A stretch of DNA of 64,000 bases, from positions 2,294,001 through 2,358,000 of the forward strand of contig MU058636.1 in the NCBI GenBank assembly GCA_013265495.1, written 5' to 3'. Position numbers and translations under genes: made by a program. Under the pieces are notes generated by a model, which did no database searches, was not told the origin of the DNA, and saw only the letters and a list, made by a program, of their open reading frames with translations. The DNA is from Vicugna vicugna. Its lineage: Eukaryota. Shown here piece after piece: positions 62,549 through 64,000 of the stretch (positions within the stretch are counted from its first letter, which is position 1; each line of letters starts with the position of its first letter).

Positions 62549-64000
62549 ATGGGAGGCTCGAAGTCGGAACCCACCATCCTAGACTGCATGATTAAGAATA
62601 TCTAAAAGGGGTACACAGGAGACTATGGAGTTCGAATGACCCCTGGCAAGCCCTGCACCTTGTGTGAGCTCTAATGGCCGACCTTTGGAGTCGGGTAGTC
62701 CTCAGGAGGAACTCTGGACCTAGCAACAATGCGAGCAGTCTATCGAATAATTACTGGAACCCCAGGCCACCCAGACCAATTCCTTTACATTGACTCCTGG
62801 ATGAATGTCGCCCAGACTCTACCCCATGGATTCGATTCTGCACAAATGGACCTGGACAATGGAAGATATTAGCAGCCCAGGCGGTCCAGGCCAAGAAGAC
62901 AGACAGAGAAAAGCCTATTTTCCAGGGAGACACAGAGGACGAGAAGTGCCTTTCCCCTCTGTATGTCCCTGGGGCACCGACAACTCCCATCCAGCTGGAG
63001 AGACTGCCGCCTCTGTGTCACCACCTCCCCAACCTGAGGATCCAGAGGCAGAGCCCAGCCCCCAGCCTGAGCCGGTAGGAAGGAGACTCCGCTCAGCACA
63101 AGCTGGGAGGCCAGCACCACCGGCCCTCCAATGCCGCTGCGGGAGACACATGGGCCACAGCAAGTTGGGGAAGACGGGACTGTCCAACCCGGGCACCCCG
63201 TACTCTACTACCAACCCTTTAGCACCACAGACCTTCTCAATTGGTGCCATCACACTCCTTCCTACTCTGAAAAGCCGCAGGCTATGTTTGACCTCGTAGA
63301 GTCTATCTTCCACTCTCACTGGCCCACCTGGGAAGATGTCCGCCAGCTGCTTCTGACCCTTTTCAATACAGAGAGGAGGAGACGCGTTCTCACTGAAGCA
63401 TGAAAATGGCTGCGGGGCCGAGCCCCCGGGGACACACTGGATACTGAAGGGTAGGCCATGACACGGGCCCCTGGCACCAGACCAAATTGGGACTTTAACA
63501 CCCAGGAAGGGAGAGAAGCACTGTGTAGGCCATCCTACAAGGGCTAAAGGCGGGATCCAAGAAGCTGACTAATATGTCTAAAACGACCACGGTGACCCAG
63601 AGGCCAGACGGAACCCCCACTGACTTCTGTGAGAGACTATGTGAAGTGTTCCGAGTCTATACTCCATTTGATCCTGAGGCCCAAGAAAACCAGCGGGTGG
63701 TCAACGCTGCCTTCATAGCCCAATCGTGCCCAGATATACGCCAGAAACTCCAGAAACTGGATGGGTTCGCAGAGATGAACTCTACACAGCGGCTGGAAGT
63801 AGCAAACAAGATTTTCATAAATCAAGAGCAGGAAGCCCAACGAGAGGCAGACCGGCGAATGAAGCAGAAAGCTGCACTCCTTGCAGCAGCCCTGGGGAAA
63901 ACGGGCTTCAACCAGAATCCCGCACCACCCTGGAGGAGGGGACCCTGACCCCGGACGCCCTCGAGTCAAGGCCGTGTGCATACTGCCGGGAGACAGGACA
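62549..64000 (+). pseudogene. gag: Disrupted gamma-like ERV gag (MA, CA, start of NC), cut by the window edge
   Basis: MGGSKSEPTILDCMIKNI*KGYTGDYGVRMTPGK...PGHPDQFLYIDSW (MA); YQPFSTTDLLNW...PTWEDVRQLLLTLFNTE (CA); VTQRPDGTPTDFCERLCEVFRVYTP (MHR); CAYCRETG (zinc knuckle). Stops at 62603, 62672, 62696, 63401 and 63452, plus frameshifts. Confidence 0.93.

Noticed and set aside
47000..64000. Exons of the expected downstream neighbour SLC46A3
   Set aside because: No recognisable exon found. The region is almost all repeats, and the gene probably lies beyond the window.

Overview
Mammalian genomic DNA, most likely a camelid: there are two tRNA-derived Vic-1-type SINEs and no Alu, B1/B2, Bov-tA or CAN SINEs were seen. 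The only protein-coding gene I can support is a complete, intact six-exon POMP (proteasome maturation protein, 141 aa, + strand, CDS 35256-46384). It has a CpG-island promoter with ETS motifs and several poly(A) signals. The first ~35 kb is intergenic, with MIR, L2, L1, MaLR and DNA-transposon relics plus some repeat-poor stretches that may be regulatory. Downstream of POMP is a dense stack of nested elements. One is a 5'-complete L1 with most of its RT region deleted and a younger L1 inserted in it. MaLR, MER5A, Tigger3 and MER2 relics follow. The window ends in the 5' part of a class I (gamma-like) endogenous retrovirus with a 291-bp LTR, a perfect tRNA-Thr primer binding site, a long leader holding a candidate pre-gag ORF remnant, and a disrupted gag. 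I found no clearly new biological system. The ERV, especially its leader frame, is the best candidate for something poorly described. Repeat family names come from recognition by eye, repeat boundaries are approximate, and both need RepeatMasker/Dfam confirmation.
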